Below are positions 40,201 through 50,349 of a DNA stretch of 64,000 nt, in pieces. The stretch's first letter is position 1, and every line of letters begins with the position of its first letter. The stretch is from contig JAOAPN010000008.1 in assembly GCA_025462885.1 (NCBI GenBank), positions 210,953 to 274,952 of the forward strand, written 5' to 3'. The position numbers and the translations under genes are program-made. The notes beneath the pieces were generated by a model. That model saw only the letters and a list, made by a program, of their open reading frames with translations. It made no database searches and was not told where the DNA came from. The DNA is from Acidobacteriaceae bacterium (GTDB lineage Bacteria > Acidobacteriota > Terriglobia > Terriglobales > Acidobacteriaceae).

Positions 40201-40968
40201 GGAAACGTCGCGATGATACTCATTAACGTTTCCATGGAAACGGTTCTCTCCGCTCTTCGTTACCAACTGAAACTGTCCTCCGCTGCCGGTACCGATTCCG
40301 GCCCCCAGACCAGCGGTGGTACCACGAAACTCCTGGACAGCATCGGCGGGTGCGCCGCCGACAATCGAAAACGTCCCGTTCGTCTGGCCGGAAGCAATGT
40401 CGTTTACGTCCATGCCGTCCAGAGTTGTCTCGTTCTGGTCCTGACGAGCTCCCGTTACCGAGCCCACGCTCGTAACGCCAGGCTGCAGCGAAAACAGAAT
40501 TTGAAGATTGCTGCGATCCTGCACAGGGAGCTCATTCACCATCTTCACATCGAAGTTATTGCCGATGGACGCGTCCGTCGTATTGATGGTTACTTCCTGC
40601 GACGCGGCTGAAACTTCGATCTCGACATTCGTTCCCGCACCCAGCTTCACGTCCTGGCTACGCGTAACCCCGATCTGCAGGTACACGTCCTTCACTGTAG
40701 AGGTTGCGTAACCATCATGGGTGAACGTCGCCTTATAGCCCGGACCCGCCGGAACATTCGCAAACCTGTACGAGCCACTCGAATCGGTCAGTGCCTTGAA
40801 AGACACGCCTGTTTGAGCGTTCGCCAAGGACACGGTCGTCCCGGGAACTACGCCTCCCGATGCATCCGTCACTACGCCCGTCATCGACGAGGCTGTTTGC
40901 GCTTGCATAAAAGAACCGGCAGAAATTAAGAATAGGAACAGGGATATTCGAGCGACAAAAGTTCGCAT
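37240..40968 (-). CDS. TonB-dependent outer-membrane receptor with carboxypeptidase-regulatory-like N-terminal domain
   Basis: Signal peptide MRTFVARISLFLFLISAGSFMQA, then GVVTDASGGVVPGTTVSL (CarboxypepD_reg-like). Long beta-rich body. C-terminal ...FSGRLEF with terminal Phe, typical of OM beta-barrels. Confidence 0.85.
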   Translation of the reverse strand: MRTFVARISLFLFLISAGSFMQAQTASSMTGVVTDASGGVVPGTTVSLANAQTGVSFKALTDSSGSYRFANVPAGPGYKATFTHDGYATSTVKDVYLQIGVTRSQDVKLGAGTNVEIEVSAASQEVTINTTDASIGNNFDVKMVNELPVQDRSNLQILFSLQPGVTSVGSVTGARQDQNETTLDGMDVNDIASGQTNGTFSIVGGAPADAVQEFRGTTAGLGAGIGTGSGGQFQLVTKSGENRFHGNVNEYHRDVSTVANSWFNNNSTVPIPRTKLIRNQFGGNIGGPIWRNKLFFFFDYNNGRTIQASTTTRVVPLDSFRAGTIGYTNNGTGCSSASRRNTAANCISDYSPAQIAAIDPQLIGNNAALFSYVNGRYPHANDLTLGDGINTGGYRFTQSTNQILYNYVGRVDYNLTSRQKVFVQYHTLRSDGIQTLNQFDVDPVTYPVQNRSYGYVASHTWQIGTNKVNQFYYGDNISKLLFPVNYSPTGITSYTFSPLAAPNGSLSSQSRRVPIPTVRDDFNWTIGSHTLQLGGTFKFIKTNSRLIGDFEAATVGIGGLNTALNSSLRPSNINTNATVVSRWDTAFPFALGRIAVESRNYNYDNNGNALVAGTGSVRRYRYYQTEAYLGDTWKATSALTLSYGVRYEYYSVPFEANGIQSNPNLGFDEYIAARLAQSNASSSGNAALPFFVYNLGGKANNASDVYKPSYLDIAPRFAFTYALGSDRKTVINGSVGKVYDRTVINAINFVQDQLSYLFQNTQQTNYGSSVSANAALANDPRLGANLSHPAVPGPVAISKPFTPYVSAAGVPNGIVNGQVNYAIDKNFKSPYSIAFNAGMQREVKGGFIVSGSYVGRLGRRLMGQADASQLLDYPDPLSAQKMSAAFSTLSNILRANPTLASSTAGLNSIAPQPWFENQISSKGIYASKTANVVANAGSSLVTIGDFADVISTLQANGLIGKNVGIPAQFVSNTMITNKGWSTYHGGLLTVTKNTSHGLQFQFNYTYAHSIDNVSTVANYIGLNTFTGQICDALNTSACRGNSDFDVKHNITANFVYDLPFGRGRSFGGSTNRWLDLAIGGWSVSGIPSWRSGYAFGTTTGAFLAGDSNDAPGIFNGDKSAVKVNIHKDSSGRLFLFDDPVKAAAAFSNPSGFQYGSRNNLRGPGALNFDAGLAKTFHIIGDRLNFKFRADGFNVLNHPVFNNPVSRTATNINNSGTFGQLTTQPTVGRDTFRVAQFSGRLEF

Positions 40969-41286
40969 TTTTGTAAAGGTCTCCAAAGAATGGGTGCAGC
41001 TTCCCAGACGTTTCATCATCAATGTCCCTGAAAAAAGGCCTTCGGGGAGGGGGACATTTAATGGATCTGAGCTAGAGCGTACTTTGGCTAAAGCACTTAG
41101 CTTGCCATTCGCGCAACTAAGGGAAATGCAGCTTAAACACCGTTTTTAGAAAAATGACGGGGTAAATTCACTCTAAAGTCAACGAAATAAATACAGAATT
41201 TCATATGCTCACTCTGAATTCCAAAATATGTTCTCCACAATTTGTGGCCAAACCCCTTCGTGCAGCTATCTCTAACCCCAAAACGA

Positions 41287-41312
41287 TAGGCCCGGCGAAT
41301 CCGCCGGGCCTA
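41287..41312 (-). terminator. terminator hairpin downstream of the transglutaminase gene
   Basis: TAGGCCCGGCG-AATC-CGCCGGGCCTA. On the minus strand it is followed by TCGTTTTGGGG. Confidence 0.6.
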
Positions 41313-41433
41313 AGTCCTTATGTAGCAATGTTTTTGAATAAACTGTTTATTATCAATATCTTGCATGCAGTTATGCCCCGTAGGGTCAAGCAAGCAGATA
41401 CTTACGCCGCCAAGCTTGGGGAAGTACCCCCTT

Positions 41434-42429
41434 CTAGAGATCCTGTTGTTGCTGCTGCGCCATCTGCTGTTGACGGCTCGGCGGAGGGGGTTGTTCCGGC
41501 AACTGTGTTGCCTTCTCTACCAGGATCGACCAGTCTTCCGGGACTGGCATCTCCTGGTCGAGTGACGGAGTTCCCTCGCTGGGAGTGACGCGAACCGCTA
41601 CGGTCAATTCGCTGGCAGCCCGGCCGCGGAACATCCCGTGGGTTGGCGGAACATCGGCATAGTCGCGCCCGATAGCGGTGCGGATATGGCGGTCGCCGGC
41701 GACCAGCCAGTTCGTTGGGTCGAAGCCGACCCAGCCGAGTTGCGGCAGCAGAGCTTCAACCCACGCGTGCGTGGCCGAGTGCACGCTTCGGTCCGTATCG
41801 CTCTGCCCATGGAAGAGGTAGCCGCTGACGTAGCGGCAGGGAATTCGCAGCTTCAGACGGACCAGCGCGATCATGATGTGCGCGAAGTCCTGGCAGACGC
41901 CCTTCTTGGTCCCCAACGCGAGTTCGATCGGCGAGTCCACCTTCGTCGACCTCGGAACGTAGTCGAAGTGCTCATACATCTGCTGGTTCAACTGGTGCAG
42001 GACCATCAGGGGATCGTCCTTACGGCGTACGTCGAAGGTCTTGGCCAGTTCGTCCAGACTCTCGGAAGGAACGGCAAACTCGCTCGGAAGCAGCATCTCC
42101 CAGTAGTCGCCCTGCTCCACCAGCGCATCGAGGTCTGCCCACGCATCGGGAGCAAGGAATGCGGGAACCTGACCGGAAGGCTGCACCTCCACCAGGGACT
42201 CAGCCACGATAACGAGCTGTCCGTGTTGCCCGGGAATGTCGAAGTGGTGGACGTGATTGGCCAGATGGTCGCGGTAGCTGAACACGCGACATCGCGGGCT
42301 GACCGACAGGTGGAACGTGAGGCAGCGCTGATTCTGATCGCTCCGCGGATGCATCCGCGTCTCCATCATGCTCTCGCTCACAGAGTTGCTGTACAGAAAC
42401 TTCGTCAAGTGTCGAATCGAATAGTACAC
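41434..42429 (-). CDS. transglutaminase-family protein (Bact_transglu_N + transglutaminase core)
   Basis: GTG 42429 after AAGGGGGGA. N-terminus VYYSIRHLTKFLYS. Catalytic Cys in GVCQDFAHIM, His in THAWVE, Asp in FDPTNW. Gln-rich C-terminal tail. Confidence 0.85.
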   Translation of the reverse strand: MYYSIRHLTKFLYSNSVSESMMETRMHPRSDQNQRCLTFHLSVSPRCRVFSYRDHLANHVHHFDIPGQHGQLVIVAESLVEVQPSGQVPAFLAPDAWADLDALVEQGDYWEMLLPSEFAVPSESLDELAKTFDVRRKDDPLMVLHQLNQQMYEHFDYVPRSTKVDSPIELALGTKKGVCQDFAHIMIALVRLKLRIPCRYVSGYLFHGQSDTDRSVHSATHAWVEALLPQLGWVGFDPTNWLVAGDRHIRTAIGRDYADVPPTHGMFRGRAASELTVAVRVTPSEGTPSLDQEMPVPEDWSILVEKATQLPEQPPPPSRQQQMAQQQQQDL

Positions 42430-42548
42430 GCCGTCCCCCCTTCGCCGTCGTTCTGCAACCAACTTCTCCGCGCCTTGCCAACCGGAGACAAGCTCAAATG
42501 ATTCGCTGATACAGGGCCTCTTCTTTTCTTCTATCAATCGATTCGCAA

Positions 42549-43535
42549 CTACCCGGCCAGCGCAGCCTGGATCGAATAGTCCACGTAAAGCTCGTAGATC
42601 GTCTCGTGGATCGCTCTGCACTGCACCTGGATCTCTCGCAGATACCCGACGACGTCCACCCGCATCACGTCATCGACGCTCGTATAGCTCAGCGAAGCCT
42701 GCAGCCGTCCCGCGAGACGCCGTAGCGGTTCCGCACGACTCTTGCCGCTGTCTTCCTGGATCGCTTCCAAAGCGCACTGCAGGCTGTCGATCGAGAACCG
42801 CAGGGAGTGGGGGAACTTCTCATCCAGCAGCAGAAACTCGAGGATGCGATCCGGAGTCAGGTCTGCCGTGTAGACCTTGCAGTACGCCTCAAATGCCGTA
42901 GCCGAGCGCAGCAGCCCCATCCAGTCGAGATACTCATTCCCTTCGGCGGGACGATCGATATGGCCCCACAGCTCTTCGTGGTAAGCCTCGATCAACATGG
43001 CCGTTGCGGTCGCCCGTTCGATGTAGCGCCCCACCTGGATGAACTGCCAGCCTTCGCCGTGGCTCATCGTTGAGTCGCTCACACCCTGGAACTGGTGGAC
43101 CGCTTCCATCACCTGCTGCAGAAACTCGGTCGGCTGCTCGGTGCCGGTATTGTTTCCACTGTTATAGAGAGAGTTCTGCATCCCCGGACGCGTCGCGTGC
43201 AGATACAGGCTGTTCAACTGGTGCCACTGCTCGGTCGAGATCTGTTCGCGTACGTGGCGGGAGTTCTCCCGCGCCGAGATGATGCACGAAAGAATCGACG
43301 CCTTATAACTGGTATCGAAGGTGAGTTCACGGGTGAGGGCATAGGGATCGCCCTTCCACTCCACGTCCTTGGGATTGCCTAGCGCCTTGAGCACGCGCAG
43401 CCAGCGCCGGTCCGCGCTGGTCGCGCTTTCATCCAGCATCAGGTTCAGATTCACGTCCAGCAGGCGGGTCGCATGTTCGGCCCGCTCCAGATACCGGCTC
43501 ATCCAGTACAAACTATCCGCAACACGAGAAAGCAT
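42549..43535 (-). CDS. alpha-E domain protein (DUF403)
   Basis: MLSRVADSLYWMSRYLERAEHATRLLDV is the characteristic alpha-E N-terminus. Confidence 0.85.
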   Translation of the reverse strand: MLSRVADSLYWMSRYLERAEHATRLLDVNLNLMLDESATSADRRWLRVLKALGNPKDVEWKGDPYALTRELTFDTSYKASILSCIISARENSRHVREQISTEQWHQLNSLYLHATRPGMQNSLYNSGNNTGTEQPTEFLQQVMEAVHQFQGVSDSTMSHGEGWQFIQVGRYIERATATAMLIEAYHEELWGHIDRPAEGNEYLDWMGLLRSATAFEAYCKVYTADLTPDRILEFLLLDEKFPHSLRFSIDSLQCALEAIQEDSGKSRAEPLRRLAGRLQASLSYTSVDDVMRVDVVGYLREIQVQCRAIHETIYELYVDYSIQAALAG

Positions 43536-43559
43536 CGGTATCTCCTTACTGCTTGCTCA

Positions 43560-45053
43560 TTATTGACTCAGAACCCATGTATCTTTACTTCCGCCGCCCT
43601 GCGACGAGTTCACTACCAGCGAGCCGCGCTTCAACGCCACACGCGTCAAGCCGCCCGGCACGATCGTTACCTTGTCGCCGTACAAAACATAGGGTCGAAG
43701 ATCCACGTGACGCGGCTCCAACTCATCGCCGATCAGGCAGGGAGCTCGCGAGAATGAGATCGTCGGCTGCGCGATAAATCCGCGGGGATCTGCTTCGATC
43801 TTGCGTGCAAACTCTTCGCGTTCCGCTGCTGTCGACTGCGGTCCGATCAACATGCCGTAGCCGCCGCTCTCGCCGACGGCCTTGACGACCAGCTTGTCGA
43901 GATTCGCGAGGACGTGCTGGCGCTCCTTCTTGCGAGTTAGCAGATAGGTCTCGACGTTCTTCAGGATCGGCTCTTCGGAGAGGTAGTACTTAATGATGTC
44001 GGGGACGTAGGCATAGAGTGCCTTATCGTCGGCGACGCCGGTTCCGAAGGCGTTTGCGAGCGTCACATTGCCGGCGCGATAGGCGTTGAAGAGTCCTGAG
44101 ACACCGAGAATCGAGTCTCCGCGGAAGGCGAGCGGATCGATGAAGTCGTCGTCGACGCGGCGGTAGATGACGTCGACGCGCCGCAGACCGTTGGTCGTGC
44201 GCATGTAGACGACGTTGTCGTGGGTGACAAGGTCACGCCCTTCGACCAGCTCGATTCCCATCTGGCGGGCGAGGTACGCGTGTTCGAAGTAGGCGGAGTT
44301 GAAGACGCCCGGAGAGAGTAGAACGATGTTGGGTTCGGGACGGCCTTCCGGAGCCAGCGATCGCAGCGTACCCAGCAGAAGCTGCGTGTACTGCTCGATC
44401 GGACGCACGTTGTAGCGGTGGAAGAGCTGCGGGAAGATCCGCTTCATCACGCGCCGGTTGGTGAGCATGTAGCTCACGCCGCTGGGAACGCGGAGGTTAT
44501 CCTCCAGCACTACAAACTCGCCATTCTCCAGCCGGATCAGGTCCGTGCCGCAGACTGCGATGTACACATTACGTGGCACTTGCAGGCCCTGCATCTGGCG
44601 GCGAAAGTGTTTACAACTGTAGACGACCTCGCGCGGCACGATCCCGTCGTCCAGGATGCGGCCCTCGTTATAGATGTCTTTCAGGAAGAGGTTCAGCGCG
44701 GTGATGCGCTGGGTCAGCCCGCGCTCTACCGTCGCCCACTCCGCGCTGGTGATAATGCGTGGCAGCAGGTCGTAGGGGAAGATTTTTTCGGTGCCCTCTT
44801 CACGCCCGTAGACCGTAAACGTGATGCCCTGGTTGAGGAAACTCAGGTCGGCAGCCTGCTTCCGCCGCTGCAGCTCATTGGGCGGCAGGGAAGAGAAGTG
44901 CTCCATCAGGGGTTCGTAGTGAGGGCGAAGGTCGCCAGGCCCGGCAAGCATCTCGTCGTAGGCATGGTCCAGCAGATAGTTCTTCAGCGCGTCACTCTCG
45001 AACTGTTTTGCCTGGGCTGTTTGCATGTAGGAGCTTTGAGTATAGCGAGACAT
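43560..45053 (-). CDS. circularly permuted type-2 ATP-grasp protein (DUF404/DUF407)
   Basis: [62 protein letters not shown]. Confidence 0.88.
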   Translation of the reverse strand: MSRYTQSSYMQTAQAKQFESDALKNYLLDHAYDEMLAGPGDLRPHYEPLMEHFSSLPPNELQRRKQAADLSFLNQGITFTVYGREEGTEKIFPYDLLPRIITSAEWATVERGLTQRITALNLFLKDIYNEGRILDDGIVPREVVYSCKHFRRQMQGLQVPRNVYIAVCGTDLIRLENGEFVVLEDNLRVPSGVSYMLTNRRVMKRIFPQLFHRYNVRPIEQYTQLLLGTLRSLAPEGRPEPNIVLLSPGVFNSAYFEHAYLARQMGIELVEGRDLVTHDNVVYMRTTNGLRRVDVIYRRVDDDFIDPLAFRGDSILGVSGLFNAYRAGNVTLANAFGTGVADDKALYAYVPDIIKYYLSEEPILKNVETYLLTRKKERQHVLANLDKLVVKAVGESGGYGMLIGPQSTAAEREEFARKIEADPRGFIAQPTISFSRAPCLIGDELEPRHVDLRPYVLYGDKVTIVPGGLTRVALKRGSLVVNSSQGGGSKDTWVLSQ

Positions 45054-45142
45054 TCCCCACCCGCCAAACCCTATTCCTAACGAAATCGTGTGCTGCTGGT
45101 GAATCGAGCCGAGGTGCCGTCCCGCTGGCTCCTCTGATTATT

Positions 45143-45160
45143 GATTTGCCCGATTTGCCC
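45143..45160. repeat. tandem 9-bp direct repeat GATTTGCCC x2 upstream of the ATP-grasp operon
   Basis: Read directly at 45143..45151 and 45152..45160, about 90-107 nt upstream of the start codon at 45053. Confidence 0.5.
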
Positions 45161-45247
45161 GCTGCGCTTCTCATCAGTCCAGGCAGTGTCGACCTACAGC
45201 CCCATGGAAGGGCACATCCTAAAGGTATGACAAACGCTATATTTTGA

Positions 45248-45294
45248 TTTGTTTCTTTTGTCGTTTGCCATAGGCAAACGACAAAAGAAACAAA
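45248..45294 (-). terminator. 22-bp perfect AT-rich hairpin
   Basis: TTTGTTTCTTTTGTCGTTTGCC-ATA-GGCAAACGACAAAAGAAACAAA. Lies downstream of 45404..46240 and upstream of the ATP-grasp operon. Confidence 0.4.
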
Positions 45295-45317
45295 GGGGTG
45301 GATGAGGATCGTCTTTC

Positions 45318-45337
45318 GGCACACGTAAACGTGTGCC
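45318..45337 (-). terminator. 20-bp palindrome GGCACACGT-AA-ACGTGTGCC
   Basis: Perfect 9-bp arms, 67 nt downstream of the stop of 45404..46240. Confidence 0.35.
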
Positions 45338-45403
45338 CTTCCCAAATATCCGCCGGATTCAACCACACCGCGAAGATGTAACGCCCATATAGGTCGATAC
45401 TGC

Positions 45404-46240
45404 TTAGCGTCCGATGACGCCCAGGACCATCACCGTCCCGCCATCGAGGTGAATATTTCTTCCAACGCCGATCAGGGTGCCGGAGGTGTCCGCATTTGCC
45501 GCTCCTGGACTGGCGACGCGCTTCGCGAGCAGGACTCCTTCCAGCCCCGTGGGCCGGGGTGCCGCGCCTATCGTCTCCCCTTCCTTCCTCGTGGAGGTGT
45601 TCTGCTGTTGATTGGGACCTACTGCGTCCGGAATCATCGCAGGCGTCGGGCCTTGGCCTAAAATCGGGCCGCGCCGCGAGGTGCGGGGGCCTCCCATGCC
45701 GCCGGTCGCGGGATCGCCCGTGCCCGTGCCGGGACCGCCTCTTGAGTCCAAGCCACCTGTATCCACACCCATTGGATCCAGAGTCCCGCCGGGAGTCACT
45801 CCGCGCTGATCCGCGCGGATGCCGTCATTTTGCCCGGTGGCGGCTGAGGTGGGTGTCAGAATTCGCATCATGCTTCGTACGGGGAGAGACTTTCCTCCAG
45901 CCAACTCCATTCGGTCGAAGAGAAGGGTGAGTGTGGAGCCTGCCCGCTCGCCGCTGCTGGCATGCACCTCCACAATGTGGCCGATCATCCTGCTGCCTTT
46001 AGGGATCTCCGTACCGTCCGCCAGCGTCGCGGCTTTCCTGGTGAGGAGGGTGATCGCCTGTCCCGCGGCAGCATTCCTGGTGTCGATCTTTCCTGCGAGT
46101 TCGGTCTGTACAGAGGTCATGTATCGCTCGACCAAATCGCTGTTCTGCGCCAATGCCTGTGAATTCAAGGCACCCAGCGTCACTGCGCCGAGAGCCAACG
46201 CACAACCGAGAAGACGGGGAGATGTCCGGAAAAGCGTCAT
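45404..46240 (-). CDS. hypothetical exported protein with central Gly/Pro-rich linker
   Basis: Signal peptide MTLFRTSPRLLGCALALGAVTLGALNSQALA. About 90-aa low-complexity G/P/T region between two beta-like segments. Confidence 0.55.
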   Translation of the reverse strand: MTLFRTSPRLLGCALALGAVTLGALNSQALAQNSDLVERYMTSVQTELAGKIDTRNAAAGQAITLLTRKAATLADGTEIPKGSRMIGHIVEVHASSGERAGSTLTLLFDRMELAGGKSLPVRSMMRILTPTSAATGQNDGIRADQRGVTPGGTLDPMGVDTGGLDSRGGPGTGTGDPATGGMGGPRTSRRGPILGQGPTPAMIPDAVGPNQQQNTSTRKEGETIGAAPRPTGLEGVLLAKRVASPGAANADTSGTLIGVGRNIHLDGGTVMVLGVIGR

Positions 46241-46307
46241 CGCTGGCCTCCGTTCGCACTTAACTTACGCCTCAGACTCTTCGCCTGACCAGTGTTTAAG
46301 GATGTAT

Positions 46308-47990
46308 CTACGGAAGCAGTCCCTGTTCGACCAGCACCGGTGGTTTGCGATGCTTCGTGGCCTGTTCATAGGCAAAGGCCCAGCCCAGCAGGTCTCCATC
46401 CTTCCACTGCCGCGCCGAAAGCTCCAGCCCAAACGGCAGGCCGGACGGATAGAACCCTCCGGGGACCACGATTGCCGGAACCCCAATATTGTTCACCCAG
46501 CCGGTATTGCTGTGAGGGCCGCCGCTGAGTCGCCCGTCCTGCGCCATCGTCTCGTCCGGAGGAGGCATCTGCGTCGCGGGATACACCATTCCGTCCAGAT
46601 GCAGCCGCTCCAGCGTCTCGTGATACTTCGCGAGCGCTGCCCGCTGCGGAGCGAAGTAGTTTGCCTCTGCCTCGGCATCGCTCTCCAGCACAGCCTGTGC
46701 GACCGTCGGCCGCGCGGGCTGTCCGGCCACGGGAGCGACGGGTGCACCGGTAATCGTACCGGGCAACGCCGTTCCAACCGCCTTCTGGTACGCATCCACC
46801 GACTGATACTCCGCCGGCCCGAACTCCTTCAGAAATCCTTCGGTTCCCTCGCGCCGGTAGCTGCGCGTCTTGATCGCCCGAATCATCTCCAGGTAGCTGT
46901 CCGGCAGAATGGTGTCATCGAAGACCACCGTCGCTCCCGCTGCTCGCAACTCCTCGACTGCCTTCATGAACATCGCGCGCGTCTCCGGCCGCAGCGCATT
47001 GCCGCGTCCCGATGCATCCACCGAAGCTGCCACTTCTTTCACGATGAAGGCCGGCACCCCAAAACGCTTGCCCTTGAGCGCGTCTGTCTTTAGATACGGC
47101 GTATACGGTCCACCCTCCGCTTTCCCCGCAGAGTTCGCCGTCTTGAAGTCCAACCCGTCCTCTCCTGCCATGGCGCCCAGCGCAATTGCTGCGTCCGTCA
47201 CGTCCCGCGCAATCGGCCCGGTATTGTCGAGCAGCCAGTCCAGCGGGGCGATTCCCGCGATACTCACCAGCCCCCGCGTGGGTAGCAAGCCCACCACGGA
47301 ACTTGTCGATGACGGCATCCGGATGGAGTTGGCCGTATCCGTCCCCGTGCCCAGCACCGCCATATTGGCGGTCACGGCCGTCACCGTTCCGCCCGAGGAC
47401 CCTCCCGGCGAGAAGCGCACGTCATACGCATTTCCCGTGCGGCCAAACGCCGTGCTGCGGTTCGTATCGCTGGCCGCGAAGTCCGGCATGTTTGTCTGGC
47501 CCAGGATCACCGCCCCCGCGGCCTTCAGCTTCGCCACCACCGTGGCGTCCTTCGGAGCGACCAGTTCATGCCCCTTGATCTGAAATCCTTCCCACCCATC
47601 AGTGGTCACCTGCCCCGCGATGCTGGTATTCGCCTTGATCACGATGGGCACTCCCCACAGCGGCCCCCGCACAAAGCCTTTGCCACCAGCCTTGGCCTCG
47701 GCATCTTCTTTCGCCGCAACTGCAAGCGCACCCTTCAAATCCACATCCTGTACCGCGCGATAGATCCCGTTGTACCTGCCGATCCGAGCCGTATACCACT
47801 GGACCACCTGCGTCACGGCGTACTTGTGGCTGGCGTACATTCCCCCCAGCCGGGGGATCGTCACCTCGATCAAGTCGCGATCCATCGCCGCCATCTGCTT
47901 TGACGACAGCTCGCCGCCGGTCTGTCCCGAAGCCAGTCCGCTACCTATCAGTAACGCCGCAGCACCGGCAATCCATCCGCTCAAACGCAT
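46308..47990 (-). CDS. exported amidase (amidase-signature family)
   Basis: Signal peptide MRLSGWIAGAAALLIGSGLASG. Signature GGSSGGTVTAV. ATG at 47990. Confidence 0.85.
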   Translation of the reverse strand: MRLSGWIAGAAALLIGSGLASGQTGGELSSKQMAAMDRDLIEVTIPRLGGMYASHKYAVTQVVQWYTARIGRYNGIYRAVQDVDLKGALAVAAKEDAEAKAGGKGFVRGPLWGVPIVIKANTSIAGQVTTDGWEGFQIKGHELVAPKDATVVAKLKAAGAVILGQTNMPDFAASDTNRSTAFGRTGNAYDVRFSPGGSSGGTVTAVTANMAVLGTGTDTANSIRMPSSTSSVVGLLPTRGLVSIAGIAPLDWLLDNTGPIARDVTDAAIALGAMAGEDGLDFKTANSAGKAEGGPYTPYLKTDALKGKRFGVPAFIVKEVAASVDASGRGNALRPETRAMFMKAVEELRAAGATVVFDDTILPDSYLEMIRAIKTRSYRREGTEGFLKEFGPAEYQSVDAYQKAVGTALPGTITGAPVAPVAGQPARPTVAQAVLESDAEAEANYFAPQRAALAKYHETLERLHLDGMVYPATQMPPPDETMAQDGRLSGGPHSNTGWVNNIGVPAIVVPGGFYPSGLPFGLELSARQWKDGDLLGWAFAYEQATKHRKPPVLVEQGLLP

Positions 47991-48234
47991 GCAGATCCCC
48001 CATTTCAAGTACGAATGAGCCTAGAGTCTCCCATACGTCTGTCCGCTCGCCAAACAAATTCGTGTGGCGCGCAACTCCCACGCTTTCAGCCATCCAGCCC
48101 CTCAACTCACTTCAATCTCATATCTTCACGCCAAATACATGTCCCACTGCGCTAAACTAAAGGTGACGCGCATTTTCACTCCAGCATCAACCTCCGCGCC
48201 CAGCCCAAAACACAGAACAGGACGTACATTCGAA

Positions 48235-50067
<1,833 letters not shown>

Positions 50068-50095
50068 TTCTTACGCAATCGATGCAGAACAAATA

Positions 50096-50137
50096 AATGG
50101 CTGGCGATCCCAAGAGGGTCGCCAGCCATTTTCTTGT
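50096..50137 (+). terminator. intrinsic terminator of typA
   Basis: 15-bp stem with one bulged T (AATGGCTGGCGATCCC-AAGA-GGGTCGCCAGCCATT) followed by TTCTTGT. Confidence 0.85.
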
Positions 50138-50169
50138 CTCTGACTAGAGGTAGAGTGCTGCCTTTTAAA

Positions 50170-50230
50170 CGAAGCGTCCAAAACCCTACGAAGTAGCGCC
50201 CGCCCGGTGTTAGGGCGCCTTAGCACTTAC
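50170..50230 (+). repeat. REP-like intergenic element, copy 2
   Basis: Matches the reverse complement of 15695..15756. Contains GTAG followed by the CGCCC-11 nt-GGGCG palindrome. Lies downstream of a complete typA terminator. Confidence 0.6.
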
Positions 50231-50349
50231 CTCGCTATGCGATACACCTTATAGAAATTGATCGTCACTTCAGGAAGACCATCCTGTATGCGTACTATCT
50301 TTTTGAGCGGCACGATTTGTCTTTGTCGTTGTTCTTCGAAAGGGATCCC

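Noticed and set aside
41205-41588. 127-aa plus-strand ORF in the AT-rich island.
   Set aside because: Its 3' half is antisense to the transglutaminase gene tail. There is no SD and the composition is odd. It crosses a strong terminator hairpin.
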